This document shows, in pieces, positions 39,060 through 52,526 of a stretch of 64,000 nucleotides of DNA. The DNA lies in contig OX597824.1 of NCBI GenBank assembly GCA_951406725.2, positions 84,878,001 to 84,942,000 of the forward strand. Reading direction: 5' to 3'. The stretch's first letter is position 1. The number at the start of each line of letters is the position of its first letter. The notes beneath the pieces are model-generated. The model saw only the letters and a program-made list of their open reading frames with translations, had not been told where the DNA came from and did no database searches. Position numbers and translations under genes: made by a program. The DNA comes from Octopus vulgaris (taxonomy: Eukaryota).

Positions 39060-39802
39060 GTCAAAGGCTAAAGATATCTTTAGTCAAAGGCTAAAGGTGT
39101 GACTGCTGACACAGGGTAGGTGACCTGACCAATAAGGGCAAGAACACTAATCATAAGTGAAATGACAAGAATTGTTAATATTTAAAATTTAGGAGAGCGC
39201 CACATTCTCTGATAAAGGGGACATGACACTTAAACCACAAACATAACAGCTATGGGTAGTGAAACCATTTCAGGTAGTTGAACTATGAAGTGTGCATGAT
39301 CTAATAACAGCTGTGTAATAAGACTGCAAAATGAACAAGAAAACAAATATTAGGTACAAAAATAGGGAATCGTTCTGTAGCTGGGTGCTGATGATTGATA
39401 GGTCAATGACCGAGTTCGCTTATGTAAGATTCACATAAGAATTACAGACACTGAAACCGTAGAGTGAGCAAATTCTATAACCGTCAGTGGTGGCAGAATT
39501 TAAATGCCTTCTTTATTAATGTTTTATATTTATATATCAATCACCATCAAAAAGACTATCAGATGTTGTTATACACTACTGGTCGCAATGTGCTTCCGTG
39601 CTTTCTTGTAGCATTCAAATGACGCCACCTGCTGGCTAGACAGGCAGGCCAACATTCCATCTCAGGCTTACCCATTTATCACCAAGTGGAGTGGAGCACC
39701 GTGAAATGAAGTATTTTGCTCAAGAACACAAAGCCCCAACTAGGCTGGAAATTGAAACTTATGAGCTAGTGATTGAGTGCAATACCCTAACCACTAGGCC
39801 TT

Positions 39803-39843
<41 letters not shown>

Positions 39844-39845
<2 letters not shown>

Positions 39846-40233
39846 GCAGGAGTGGCTGTGGTAAGTAGCTTGCTTACCAACCATATGGTTCCGGGTTCAG
39901 TCCCACTGCGTGGCACCTTGGCCAAGTGTCTTTTACTATAGCCTCAGGCCGACCAAATCCTTGTGAGTGGATTTGGTAGACGGAAAACTGAAAGAAGCCC
40001 GTCATATATATGTATGTGTGTGTGTGTGTGTATCTGTGTTTGTCCCCGCAACATCGTTGACAACCGATGCTGGTGTGTTTACATCCCCATAACTTAGCGG
40101 TCGGCAAAAGAAACCGATAGAATAAGTACTAGGCTTACAAAGAATAAGTCCTGGAGTCAATTTGCTCAACTAAAGGTGGTGCTCCAGCATAGCCACAGTC
40201 ACACGACTGAAACGAGTAAAAGAATAAAAGAGT
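39844..40233 (+). mobile_element. SINE family B, full length, flanked by (TA)n
   Basis: Collinear with 34534-34946. Confidence 0.9.
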
Positions 40234-43200
40234 AATATATATATATATATAGATGAGTTGTTGGTTACAAGTTCCCAACAGAACAATTACTAGTTCCCTG
40301 CATTCCTAATAACAGGAGTGACAAGGGAGTGTTCTACATCTGTAGTGTGATGTAGAACAAATATCACAAAGGACTTCATAAGTAACTAGTTTGTCTTCTA
40401 GTTTCATTATATAAACCTCTAATGCCTACAAATCTATTTCAGACTTTGACAATATGTTACAAATCGCTCAAAGGATCAACTATACATGCTAGACATAGCA
40501 GCAAAATCTCCCACGAATCACAGATTTTTAAAAAAAGAAATATTGATGTCATTCTAGATACTCCTAAAAAGACTTAATCATAATGGCTTGGACCATATGT
40601 TTGCTATCTCAGCATTGATCTGGGACAAAACAACAGCCATCCATTCTACAAAATAATGAGCTTCACTTTATGAGGGCAACTATTCAAATATCTTAGATGG
40701 TTCCTACTGTTTAAATCCATATTAGAATTAGATAAAAAAAATAAAATCCAATTGCTTTCCATTAGTGAGACAAATACAATCCTGTTAGTTCATACCAGGG
40801 AGACTCATTCCCACACAAGTGGGTTTGGAGGACAAATAAAAGAAATGGATCTCAAACTACATATGGTATAAATAAAACTCTTGTGATCTGTATTATTTTG
40901 TTGTCCTCATCTTAAATGTGTTTTTCTATGCTGGCATCTGTTGGATCCCACTGCAACAATTAGGAACAAAATAAAAATATTGAAACCATAGCATTCCTTA
41001 TCAAGATATACTCTTATACTAGTTCAATGATTAGGCATCAGCACTGTTGGAGGACGACCTTGAAGGATTTTAATGGATCAAAGTAACCCCAGCACCTATA
41101 AATCTGGTACTTATTCTATCAATCTCTTTTTGCCAAACAGCTACGTTCCAAACATACAAACAAACCCATATCAGTTGTCAAGCAGGGAGATACAAATGTC
41201 AATACAACACAGGAATTGACCCAGGGCCACAAAAGACTTGTTCATAGTGCCACACAGTAGAACTGAATCCAAGACAACGTATTTGCAAACCAAATTTCTT
41301 AACTACACAACCATGTCCTGTGTCTGGGTGGATGAAACAGAGGCAGGAAGATGTTAGTATACAGATGAATGAGAGTGCAGCAGCAACATTCAGAACCTTA
41401 CCAGCCTTGTGCAAATCTTCAGGCACTACTAGCCTTCCATAAAAATTTTAAAAAATCACCCTTCAAGGCAGTGCTCCATTATGCCCACAGTCAAATGACA
41501 AACACATAAAAGAACACCTTCAAGAGGAACTTTCCAGATACAGATCCAAGAGCTTTCAAGACCTCACAGAGGCCCCAGATCCATAAAAACATGGTTTTAG
41601 GCACAGATGTAGCTGTGTAGTTAAGAAGCTTGTTTCACAATGCCATGGTTTCAGGTTCACTGTGGACAAATGTCTTCTACTACAGCCCTTGACCAACCAA
41701 AGCTTTGTGAGTATATTTGGCAAATGGAAACTGAAAAGAAGCCCGCCACACGCTCGAGCATATCTCCTTGTCTAGACATTAAGTGATAGTTGTAAACAAG
41801 TGTTACCATCATACAAGCAATGTTTGCTTCTAGTCTTTCATAAAAAAATGTGTCAAGCCAAGGAGAAATATTACTTTGCTTGGAAACAGGTAAAGAGTTG
41901 ACAAGAGAAAGGGCATCTTGCCATAGAAAATCTGCCTCAACAAATTTTGTCTGTCCCATACACATTCAATGACAATGATTCTAAGCTAAAAGGTTATTCA
42001 ATTATACAATACTCCTACTGCCTGCAGTAATGGGCTGCACTGCTTCCTCCACACACAGGTAGACCGAGTCATTAAGAATTAAGTGTCTTAGTCATAAGCA
42101 GTTCAGTGGCAGATGACCAGCTACAAAATATTGGCCCTTCAGGTAGTAAACTAGCTTTCTGTTGATTTAGCAGTGTCATTACTATACAAATATTCAAATC
42201 TTAATTAAAAAAATATATTTAGTTTTAATATGATCTACCTATATTACTTCCAAATATTTAGTGATAATAAAGAAGCAAAATAATAGAAGCTCAAGATACA
42301 AATAGTAATATAAAGAGTTCAAACAAGAATAAATTACATGAGAAGATTAGATCGGAAGTCAAATATTTCAGACAGAACCTTTCAGAGAGAGAGAGAGAGA
42401 GAGTTGAAATAGCGAACAGTAATACATTAGACATTTCATCTCCCTCAAATGAATTGCTTCTGCCAGTAACATTAGATTTTTTCCCCACCTTTTCAAAGCA
42501 TAACAGTTATTCTCCTGTTTGAAATCTTAGTAATAATAACTTGGTCAATTTACAAGTAATTCTGGAGACTACTGTCAACCAAGAACATTAAGAAATATCC
42601 CAAAAATAAATAACTGGCACCAGGAGGCCTAAATCACAATACAGTTTGGTCATAAACTGCAAAAGAGATACTCAGAATGCCAACTGGCTGAAAAGATTTA
42701 GTATTTGCTAGACAAAGCATTCTAATATGCAGTATGTTCTAAAATACTTTTGGAAGGTTTTACAATACAATAAATAATAAAAAAGTACTTCAATTTTTCC
42801 TTCTGCTTAACACTGGATTACCACAAAGGAAACATCAATTTCATAACCAGTTTATTGCACATAAATTTTAACAATAACTTATATGGACCCCACTCAAGAG
42901 CCATATCAACCCCAGTTAAGAACCACTGATCCAGGACATCAGTACCTGAAGATGAGCAATGCTAGCCTACAATAAAAGGATTTAGGCATTTTAAAACAAA
43001 AATTTAGTTCTAAGAAGAAATAAAAGTTCTTTGGCAATGATAAGGACAGCATCTTCCAGAGAGCACAACAGGGAAAGTTAATAGACTGGCTTGTACCATA
43101 TATCATCATTTTAACATTCACTTTTCCATGCTCATATGCATTGGACAAGATTTGCTGAGGCAGGTTTTCTACAGTTGTAGTGTCCTTCGTATTGCCAATC

Positions 43201-43513
43201 ATCACCTGATTTCAGATAAGGTAATAATTCCCTGTGACCAAACAGGTTTTTGCAAAAGATTGGAAATGAAGGACACCACATACATAACAATAACATTGGT
43301 TGACAACTATCACACAAATCAAGACAAGGAGATATCCACACAGACTAGACACACACAGTCAACAGGGTCCTTTCAGTTTTGGTCTATCAAATTCATTCAC
43401 AAGGCTTTAGATGGCCTGGGGTTATAGTAAAAAATATTTGTCTAGGGTGTCACATGGTGGGACTGAGCCCAAAACCATATGGTTAGATAGCAAACTTCTA
43501 ATTTCTTTATTTT

Positions 43514-43620
43514 AAAAATATGGAACGCTTCATGAATTTGCGTGTCATCCCTGCGCAGGGGCCATGCTAATCTTCTTTGTATCATTCCAATTTTAGAATA
43601 AGTACTGCTGTAGCAAGTAG
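43514..43620 (-). pseudogene. RNU6: Full-length (107 nt) U6 snRNA retropseudogene
   Basis: Minus strand reads ..tacttgctacagcagtacttattctaaaattggaatgatacaaagaagattagcatggcccctgcgcagggatgacacgcaaattcatgaagcgttccatattttt. The ACAGAGA box is mutated to ACAAAGA. A-rich tail at 43499-43513. TSD atagcaaacttc (43487-43498) / attgcaaactcc (43621-43632). Confidence 0.95.
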
Positions 43621-43737
43621 ATTGCAAACTCCTTACCACACAGCCACCCCTACACCTATAGTGATAAGTTTTACATAAAACCAAGTCTCCCACTTAAATT
43701 CACTTCATTTCCCTCCATGTCCTTTGTAAACAATATA

Positions 43738-43995
43738 CAGTAATGCCTTGATATACAAGGCAATTTGTTCCCAGAGATCGCTCATAAAACGAAAACTTGT
43801 AAAGCAGAGCGATAATTTCCCATAGTAGCAATGAAATTTTATGCCATCATTTTATTCTGTCGCTGTGTAAACACGTCAGAACTAGTGTTGCCACACACGC
43901 AAAATGGCTGATTAACCTTTTTATATTTATTATAAAATAAAACTCATAAACCCAAGGTCTTGTAAAGCAGGTCCTCGCAAAGTGAGGTATTACTC
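43738..43995. mobile_element. Tigger/pogo-type MITE
   Basis: TA-cagtaatgccttg ... gaggtattactc-TA imperfect TIRs with TA flanks. Confidence 0.7.
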
Positions 43996-46900
43996 TACAG
44001 AACCAATTATCCACTATCTTGGTCAACTTCACTTATATGTATCAACTGAACATAAAACTTGCCAGGATAATGCTCATTTATGTAAAGGTACTTTCCTCAC
44101 AAAAATAAGTGTGTGATGTGAATATGTTAAAAGCTAAATTTCAGTTCATGTGACAACAGAAAAATATTTCCATTTGGAGCAAACGCCTAGCACAAGACAA
44201 GCTTGACATGGAATATACAGTTGCAATATCAGATAGCTTATAATCAGAACCAGAGTAAATGACAAAGAATTAGACAGAAACAATTGGTGGTCTTTAATCT
44301 AAGTATGTTCAACCTCAAACCAGTCTGGTAACTATTCCAAGCAATAAGGTGAACCAAGGTACCGTAGAATAAAATGTCCTAAGAAAAAAGAATTACCAGT
44401 AACAGATTTTAAGCTAATGATCATAGACAAATATTCCAATGTATTCAATGACATGCCATGATAGACAGAGAGAGAAAGAATGTATGTACACACGCACACA
44501 CAAAGGAGTTCTCTCCTGGTTCCAGCAGTCCTTTCAAGAAAGGGCTTCAAATTAGAAGAATGTCAAGGAAAATAGTAAGTGCAGAAAAAAAAATATTTAG
44601 CTTCAAATACACAATTTACACAGCAAATGTTTGAGAGGACTGAAGATGCTACAAAAGGTACACTGATGTAGGACATTCACATTGTATATCACAGATTCTT
44701 AAGTTTAAAGCACATACAAGTAGCAGGATCAAATATACTGAGCTAGTTTGCTCCAGCTGATACTAAAAAGTGAGAACATTTACCACACAAACACACAGAC
44801 CTATTACATGCCAAGTCATGAACAAGCTATCCCTAGACTAGTTACGATGCCAACAAGATATTTACTAACAGGAAAGCAGCAGCAGAGATAAAAATGTTGT
44901 GCTGTTTTGAACAGCTGTTCAAGAAAGTGGTACTTTCTGAGGCTAGATTAGATAATATTGGACTATTAAAAAGACATTTTTCATTTTCGGTTTCTCATTC
45001 ACTGACTGCTGTTATAAATTATGCAGCCAATGAAAGGAGGAAATCTTGACCTAGAAACATCCATTGTATGCACAACAATTATCCAAACACTAAAGTCCCC
45101 TCAAGAAATATTCTAGGAAACAGCCCATTTGTTATGCTGAGTGAAGTCCTGTAGGTATATGCCCCAATCCTCAACAACAGCAAGGAAAATTTGATGATTA
45201 TATATATATATATATATATATGATTTGTAGGATTCATCTGAATCAGAGTATTTTAAAAACAAGAACAATGTTTGGGTCAAGATTAGCATAGCCATGTTTA
45301 TACTGTATACAAATGCTCACATGTATACCAATGCATATACGGATGTCTCAACACATGTACATGCATATGAACAAATCAACATATTTGAATATACATGTAT
45401 ATGAAATTATATGTACACGTGCAAACCAGAATGCAGTTTCATGATCCACTGTGAGTTCCAGACCCAACATAGGGAACCTTCCCCTACATGGACCTGAAAC
45501 TCAATGTACATACATACATACATACATACGTGTGTGTATCCCTCCCTTGTTGATCTGAAAATCTGAGAAATATTACTGGAACCAAGAAACAACCTGACCT
45601 AGTAACAATATATACATATATCATCCAAATGGAATTTGACAAGAAAAATGTTTATATCTTAGAAATCTTAAAAAGGACTACAGAAAATTCCCATCATTAT
45701 CACTAAGTCTTATCACTCCTCTTTTGGAACGTAAAAACTACAAAATACCTCAAAATAGATGAAAATATATAAGTTTTATAGAATGACACATAACTAAAAA
45801 ATACAGCTAAATTAAAAACTATGACAACTTTCCTGGTATAACAAATCAATATCTCACACTATATTGCCAGTTCTAGTATTAACAGAATGTACTGACTCAA
45901 ATAGGTCATAGACTTATTTCATCGCCTTGTTTAACATCTTGGGGTGCCTTCAGTGAAGTTTACTATCACAAAAATTCAGATCAGTTTCTGGCCTAAGAAT
46001 AAATTCATATCTTCGTCTCCTCCTCGCCAATCATGTGGACCCAACAAAAGGGTTATGGACACTGCTTGTCTATTAAACCTGAACTTCCTCCAAAACTCAT
46101 CTAAAACAAAAAATTGTGAGACAGACAACTAAAATAAGATATAAAAGTTACAAGATTAATTCAGACTATATTAGACTATATTACAATCACATCAGATGTC
46201 ACTGAATACACAAAACATTCTGCTTGATTATACCAAGAGGAATACTTGGAGATGACAGATGACATCACATATAAACTCAACAATTGTTGGTTAGTCATGA
46301 CGGATATGCAACCGAATGTTGGACAACATCAACATATTCTAAGAGTGTGATATATGCCAAATGAATGAATGGCTGCTACATCCTACTGTTGACCCCCAGT
46401 GGAGATGATAGAAACAATTTTCGATTTGCAAGTATTTTGTATGATTTAGCTCTACCTCGCAGTTTGTAAGAATTATGACAAAAGAATGGAAGAAGTCGAT
46501 ATCAATCTAATATCATATCATAGCAGGGTATCAAGAAAGTTCTAGACAAACCTATCAAAAATGCTATTAACAACTAACATTTTAAAATTCTTTATCCAAT
46601 TTATCTGGTTTTGGGGGTTTGCTTCATGGTGAGGAAAACCATCTATTTTTGCTAATCTTGAGAAATCCTATCAGGAGCTCAAGCCAACTCACCAATATAA
46701 TTATCCTTCCTCTAGTAATCTGTATTGCTTTCTGCTGAGTTCTTCCCATTAGCTGCTTTCCAAGCCAAACCGATATATCTGTGCATTCAAGTAATAATGT
46801 AAAGATTTACTTAACTAAGGAGCCTCTTTCTAAACTGGAACATTAAAAGAAATAAATTAAGAAACCTCAGTAAATCTTCTTGGAACTTTACAAGTAGTAA

Positions 46901-47147
46901 ACTTACATCAAGAAAGTACAAGATTGATAGAGTAAAAGATAAAAATCAGAACTTACAAGAGCAACAGAAGGGAAAGGAATAAATTAAATTAATAAGCAAC
47001 ATGTGTGTGTGTGTGTACTGTTAGTAATTAATGACTGCTGTGACTATTATAGAGTTTCATGAATACACAAGTAATTCTTTAGACATTCAGAGACTCATGT
47101 TTGCATGCCTGTGAAACAGAAACAGGCATGTATGTATGTATGTATAA

Positions 47148-47396
47148 TAATCTTGTGAAAGGTAGGAGAGTCCAGTTTGCTGGACATTGTTGTAGAGCTG
47201 AAAACGAGGTAATTTCTACTCTTCTCCTCTGGAAGCCATCTACCCGCAATACCAGAGGACACACACTCTCCTACCCTGATGTAATCTCCAGGGATACAGG
47301 CATCCATCAACAGGACCTCCGTAATGCTATGATGGACCGTGAAGTCTGGCGTAGCATGGTAAATTCCATTGTCTCGACCACGGTCAAGTGATGATG
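47148..47396 (+). mobile_element. 5'-truncated RTE LINE 3' end
   Basis: RRVQFAGHCCRAENE...MMDREVWRS and (TGA)n tail. TSD atgtataa at 47140-47147 and 47397-47404. Same family as 60423-60981. Confidence 0.9.
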
Positions 47397-48681
47397 ATGT
47401 ATAAATGTGTTTTTGTGTTCCCCACCACTACCACTTGACAACCAGCATTGGTTTGTTTACATCTCAATAACTTAGCCGTTCATCTAAGAGATTGATAGAA
47501 TAAGTAGCAGGCACAAGTACTGGGGTGGATTTGTTTGACTAAATCCTTCAAGGCAGTGCCACAATCCAATGACTGAATCAAGTAAAAGATGAAAGACACT
47601 AAATTTCATACTTTTTAACATTCACAAATAAGACAGCAAACTGTTCTTGCCCATACAACCAGTACCCACCTTTCTACCCAGTCCTTCTGAAGGCATTCGA
47701 AATCATATCAACAGGAAGCACCACACTAGCTGGTGGTTCACAGATGGCAAACTTAATTTATATTGCAAATGTATAAATAGTCTATCTATAAAGATCATTG
47801 ATTCCCATTATTGTCTACACAGGCGGACAACACAAACTTACTAAAATTCACCATAGCTACTAAACAAGACAAAACTATTATTGTCAGTTTTGTGAACAAA
47901 ATTCTATCGATACCACAATCATCTCATTTTTGTAAGAAGATGTGGTTGGGAGTCAATATCCATGACCTTTGCATCAGTTGCACTGGTCCTCCTTGGCGGT
48001 TAGTACAACTGAAGCAGCTGGAATGACTAGGAAAAATGTGAGCAGAAAGAGAATTCCAGAAAGTCACAATTCAGAGGAAAAAAGAAGATTGGGCAGTTTT
48101 TATTACTGAATTTGGATGAACAGAGATCTAGGTGCACTCTGGGCACAAGTGGCATGCAGCTTGCTAATTCAGAGAAGCAGTCATCAAAGCAAAAAAAGTG
48201 CATATGTGGAGTTGGTGATTCTGGCATGTTGAATGAGTGTTTACCAATCATGGAACAGCCTTGCCATTCCAGGGGATGCAGCCAAGGGTGTATGTGTGTA
48301 CTAGTTCTGTGAGAACACTGAGTTACATTTGGACTTTGTAGAGAATTAGTAACTGATAGGGCTGAAGTAACTTCTGGCCTTTAAGATGCAGTTTTGAGAA
48401 TTTTATGTAAGCTGGGGTTGTCATAATAGATAAGACATTATGAACCCAAGCATTTGTAACAGTTGAGGGGTTTTAGTGGTACACTTACTATATCATGTCT
48501 GTGGCTGCTGAGAATCTCACACACTTCAAATATGCCTAAGTATCAATAACCAATCAATGTAGCTAAAACCAAGTGCAATAGCAATGACACATTAATCTTG
48601 TACACACAGATGAAGAAAACCTTATTATCAAGCCATGTGTAGTAATAATGATAATAGTTTAAATAGTTTTTATATCAACTA

Positions 48682-49400
48682 TTGGGTCATCCCATAAATA
48701 ATGCAGTTTTTTTAAATTGCATGAACTAAAAGTTAGAGAGGGATGGAATAACTTGCACCAACTTGCTATAAAAGCGGGTAGTAATTTTACCTTGAACTTA
48801 GTACAAGTTCTGAAAAGTGCAATTCGATTTTAACAGTTATTTTTCAAAGCTATAATGGAATTGACAAAGGAGCATATTTGGCATATTTTGCTTTATGAGT
48901 TCAATAAAGGCAACATTGCAATGGGAAGTGCTAGGAATATTAATGCAGTAAATGGGGATTGGGCAATAAGCGTAAACCAGCATCAATGGTGGCTCCAAAA
49001 ATTCCAAGCCGGAAACTACAACCTAGACGATGAGCCTCGTACAGGAAGATCTGTAGAGCTCGGCGAGGACATCCTGCAAACCCTGATGGAACAAAATCTC
49101 ACCCAAACTGTTGAAGAACTAGCACAGAAGCTTGGAGTTGGTCATTCGTCCAATCGACACCTGTGCTAGAAGAAAAATTACCATCTTTGGTTTCAAGAAG
49201 AAAAAAGTGTTCTTCCATCAGGATAATACTCAGCCACATACAGTGAGAATGACATTCCAAAGACTGGAACAGTTTGAATGGGAAACAATGCCCCTCCCAC
49301 CATATTCGCTGGACACTACCCCATCTGATTATCGTTTATTCCACAGTCTTCAAAATCATCTGAATGGGAAAAATATGAATTCTGTAGACAAGGTCAGACA
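48682..49400 (+). mobile_element. Internally deleted mariner (DD34D) transposase remnant
   Basis: TA-ttgggtcatcccataa left end. ORF 48855 gives the HTH region (HILLYEF..G..LDDEPRTGR..EELAQKLGV). ORF 49132 gives HQDN-(34 aa)-PSDY with a PYSLD motif. Confidence 0.9.
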
Positions 49401-50439
49401 AGGATACACACTCAACACACACACACACACACATACACACACACACACAATGGGCTTTTTCTAGTTTCTGTCAAGCAAATACACTCACAAGGTTTTTGGG
49501 GCTATAGTAGAAGACACTTGCTCAAAGTGCCACACAGTGGAATTGAAACTAGAACCACATGGTTAGGAATTAAGCTCCTTAAACCACACAGCCACACCTC
49601 ATTAGAGAAAAATATTTACTACTCTAATATCATGGTCAAAAAGTTGCAATGAGAAAAGCAATGATACCCCATACTAATGGCAAAGGAAAAATTAAATCCT
49701 TTAATTTTCTGGAAAAAATCCAGAAGCTAATATGCATTTTAAAACCTAATTATTGAACTACATAAATATTTCAAGAATGCAACTTTGAAAATAGAAGTAA
49801 ACAGCTGAAAATGTGAATGAGCTAATTTTAATGATAAAATTATAAATATATAATAATTAAAACATATTGTCTAATGATTAGATGAGAAACTATTTATCAA
49901 AAATTGTTTGAGAAAATAATTCAAATTTCTTTTAAAATAATAATCCTGCCACTAGGAATGCTGAAAAATCTAATAAATCAGAGAAACAAACAAAAAGATA
50001 AAATTATGAATAAAAGAAAGCTAGTCTGTCAATGGTTTTAATCAATTCTCATTGCTGGCATGGATCTAGAAAATACTATATCTCTCCAAATATCTGATGT
50101 TGCTTGTATTCCATGAAGCTGTGTCTGGGCTTTGCAGCATTACAAAATACAAGCAAGTGTTGACAGATAACATTTCTATCAATCATTGTGGCAGAATATC
50201 TTATGGCGATACAAACCAAGTAGGTTAAAGTGGCAAGTGCACCTCTGCACAGTTGCTTGAATTGCAAGAAATAGCAGGAAAATCTCCCTCAAATCACACA
50301 CACACACACACACACACAAGGAACAATGGATACAGCAATTTCTGATACTCAAAAAGATGAGATGAATCAGAACCAGCTGGGGATAAAACAATTAAGTATA
50401 AAGCTTCAATATAAACTTTTGGGATCTCAAAAACATTAA

Positions 50440-50800
50440 CCACTTAGCATTCAGGTTATGCTGTCAAATGTAATGCTTTTTTATTCATCATCACCATCAT
50501 CATCGTTTAACATCCACTTTCCATGCTGGCATGGGTTGGATGATTTTGACTGAGGACTGGCGAACCAGATGGCTGCACCAGGCTCCAATCTTGATTTGGC
50601 AGAGTTTCTACAGCTGGATGCCCTTCCTAACGCCAATTGTTTTGAATTAATCTGGCACAATCTCAAAGCTTTGAGATTCCACTGATGCGACTGTTTATTT
50701 TTAGAATGACATTATAGAGTAGGTATGAAAGGCTGGATCTGGCCAGTTTGAACATAAAGAAATATTTTGGCCAGATATAACCAGTTCAACTGCTAAAGGG
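50440..50800 (-). mobile_element. piggyBac-derived TTAA MITE with nested SINE C tail (50484-50636)
   Basis: TTAA at 50436-50439 and 50801-50804. MITE sequence resumes after the SINE. Confidence 0.82.
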
Positions 50801-52526
50801 TTAAATCAAAAGGAACTTAGCTGTCCTCATTTCTCATGAATGAGAAAATGAGAGCTCTGAGGATCAGTGAAGTGGAGGGAACAGAACTAAGTGTAGTTGA
50901 TTACAAAGCATTTATGGTAGTCAGCAATGAAGGCTATTCGAAACCAGCGTAATAATGGAGGTAGCTGATGAAGCAAAGAAGCCTATAAATGGAAAAAAAA
51001 AAAGCAAGTCTTGAACAATGGCATAAAGTAAAGAGAATGCAGCTTAACATATAGGCTATAGATAGAAACTATCTAGCAGAGGTAGGCACTTTTCTTTCAA
51101 ATTTAGTTAAATAGCAGAGGAAAAGATTCCATTAACATAATGAGCTGACAAAATTTCTATTGAAATCCATGTCAAAGTAGCCAAAGTGTAGATTACTTAA
51201 TTGCTGCCAACTGTAATGTCAATACAATGGTATTCAATTCAGATTTTGACAAAATTTACTTTTAGCTTTTTTTTGTAACCTTTTTTTAGTACTATTTACT
51301 CTGCAAGAGGTAGGAATTTTTATATGTGGTAAGAGGGAATGAATAGGGGAAGCAATAAGAAAACAGTTGAAAAACATGCATCAGTGAAGTAAGGATTCGT
51401 CTGCAAGTACTGATTTGTAAAGCCTGAGGAAAGGTTTTGACTGTCTGAGCTTGTGTGGTTAAGAAGCATGCTTCCCGAGTATGTGGCACTTTGGGCAAGG
51501 GTCTCCTACAATGGCCCATGGAAAATCGAAACCTTGTGAATGGATTTAGTAGACTGGAATTGGAAGAAGCCCAGTGTGCGTGTGTGGACCCACGTTTTGA
51601 CATGATGGTTGTAAATAAACATCACTGTCATACAAGCAATGTTCATTGCATAAAAGCACCTGTGTTGGTGCCACATAAACGAGGTTGTGCCAGTGTCCTG
51701 TAAAAGCTGCCACGTAAAAGTGCCCCAGCAGATTCCAAATAAAAGTGACCCAACAGATTCCAAATAGAAGCGCCCCAGCAGATGCCATGTAAAAGCACCT
51801 GTACCAGGGCCACATAAAAGCACCAGTAGTGGTGCCACATTTAAAGCACCCAGTACACTCTGCAAAGTGGTTGGTTTTAGGAAGGTCATTCAGCCATAGG
51901 AATCCTGCCAAAAACAGACAAATGGAGCCCAGGCAGCTCTCCAGCTCCTATCAAACTGCCCAACTCATTCATACCAGCATGGAGAACGGATGTTAAATGA
52001 TAATACATACACAAACACACTAACTGGGCCACAAGTTGGCTAGCAGTTAAAAATTCAATAAAGACTTTATAATTGTGTTTATTACAAAGTTTAAATGTAT
52101 TGATTTCTTCAACTCCTATGCAACTTATAGCCTACGCTGTGTGTGTGTGTGTATGACATAACCCTATCTTAGAGTACTGACTAACAACATTGCAGAAAAT
52201 GCCAATTCTGCAGACAATTCAATATTTAGAAAGCTATCTTAACCGTAGCAATTACTATCTAACCAAATAATTTGTTTAGTATCAGAGATAGACTAGATAT
52301 TGTAAATAATTGATTTCATAGAAAAATCTATTTTGCATAAGTGCCATTTTTCTTACATTTCACTTAGAAAAGAATTGAAAGAAAAAAAAATGTTCTTTAA
52401 CAAAAATAAGCTATTATAGTTTTAAACAGAAGCTGGTCTATAATTAGTAATATACTGTAATCAAATTTAAGTGAAGTAGATTGCAAAACTGATTCGGATG
52501 GAAATTTTTCTTTCAATTAATTCTAT

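Noticed and set aside
43514-43620. Functional U6 snRNA gene
   Set aside because: ACAGAGA box mutated, CpG decay, A-tail and TSD, and the upstream sequence is SINE rather than a snRNA promoter.
50930-50990. Hammerhead-like cgaaac ... ctgatga
   Set aside because: No supporting stems could be formed around the core motifs.
51645-51850. Repeat-spacer pattern (taaaagcacc boxes with variable spacers)
   Set aside because: Spacers are related to each other. This is a degenerate SINE C internal tandem array, not CRISPR.
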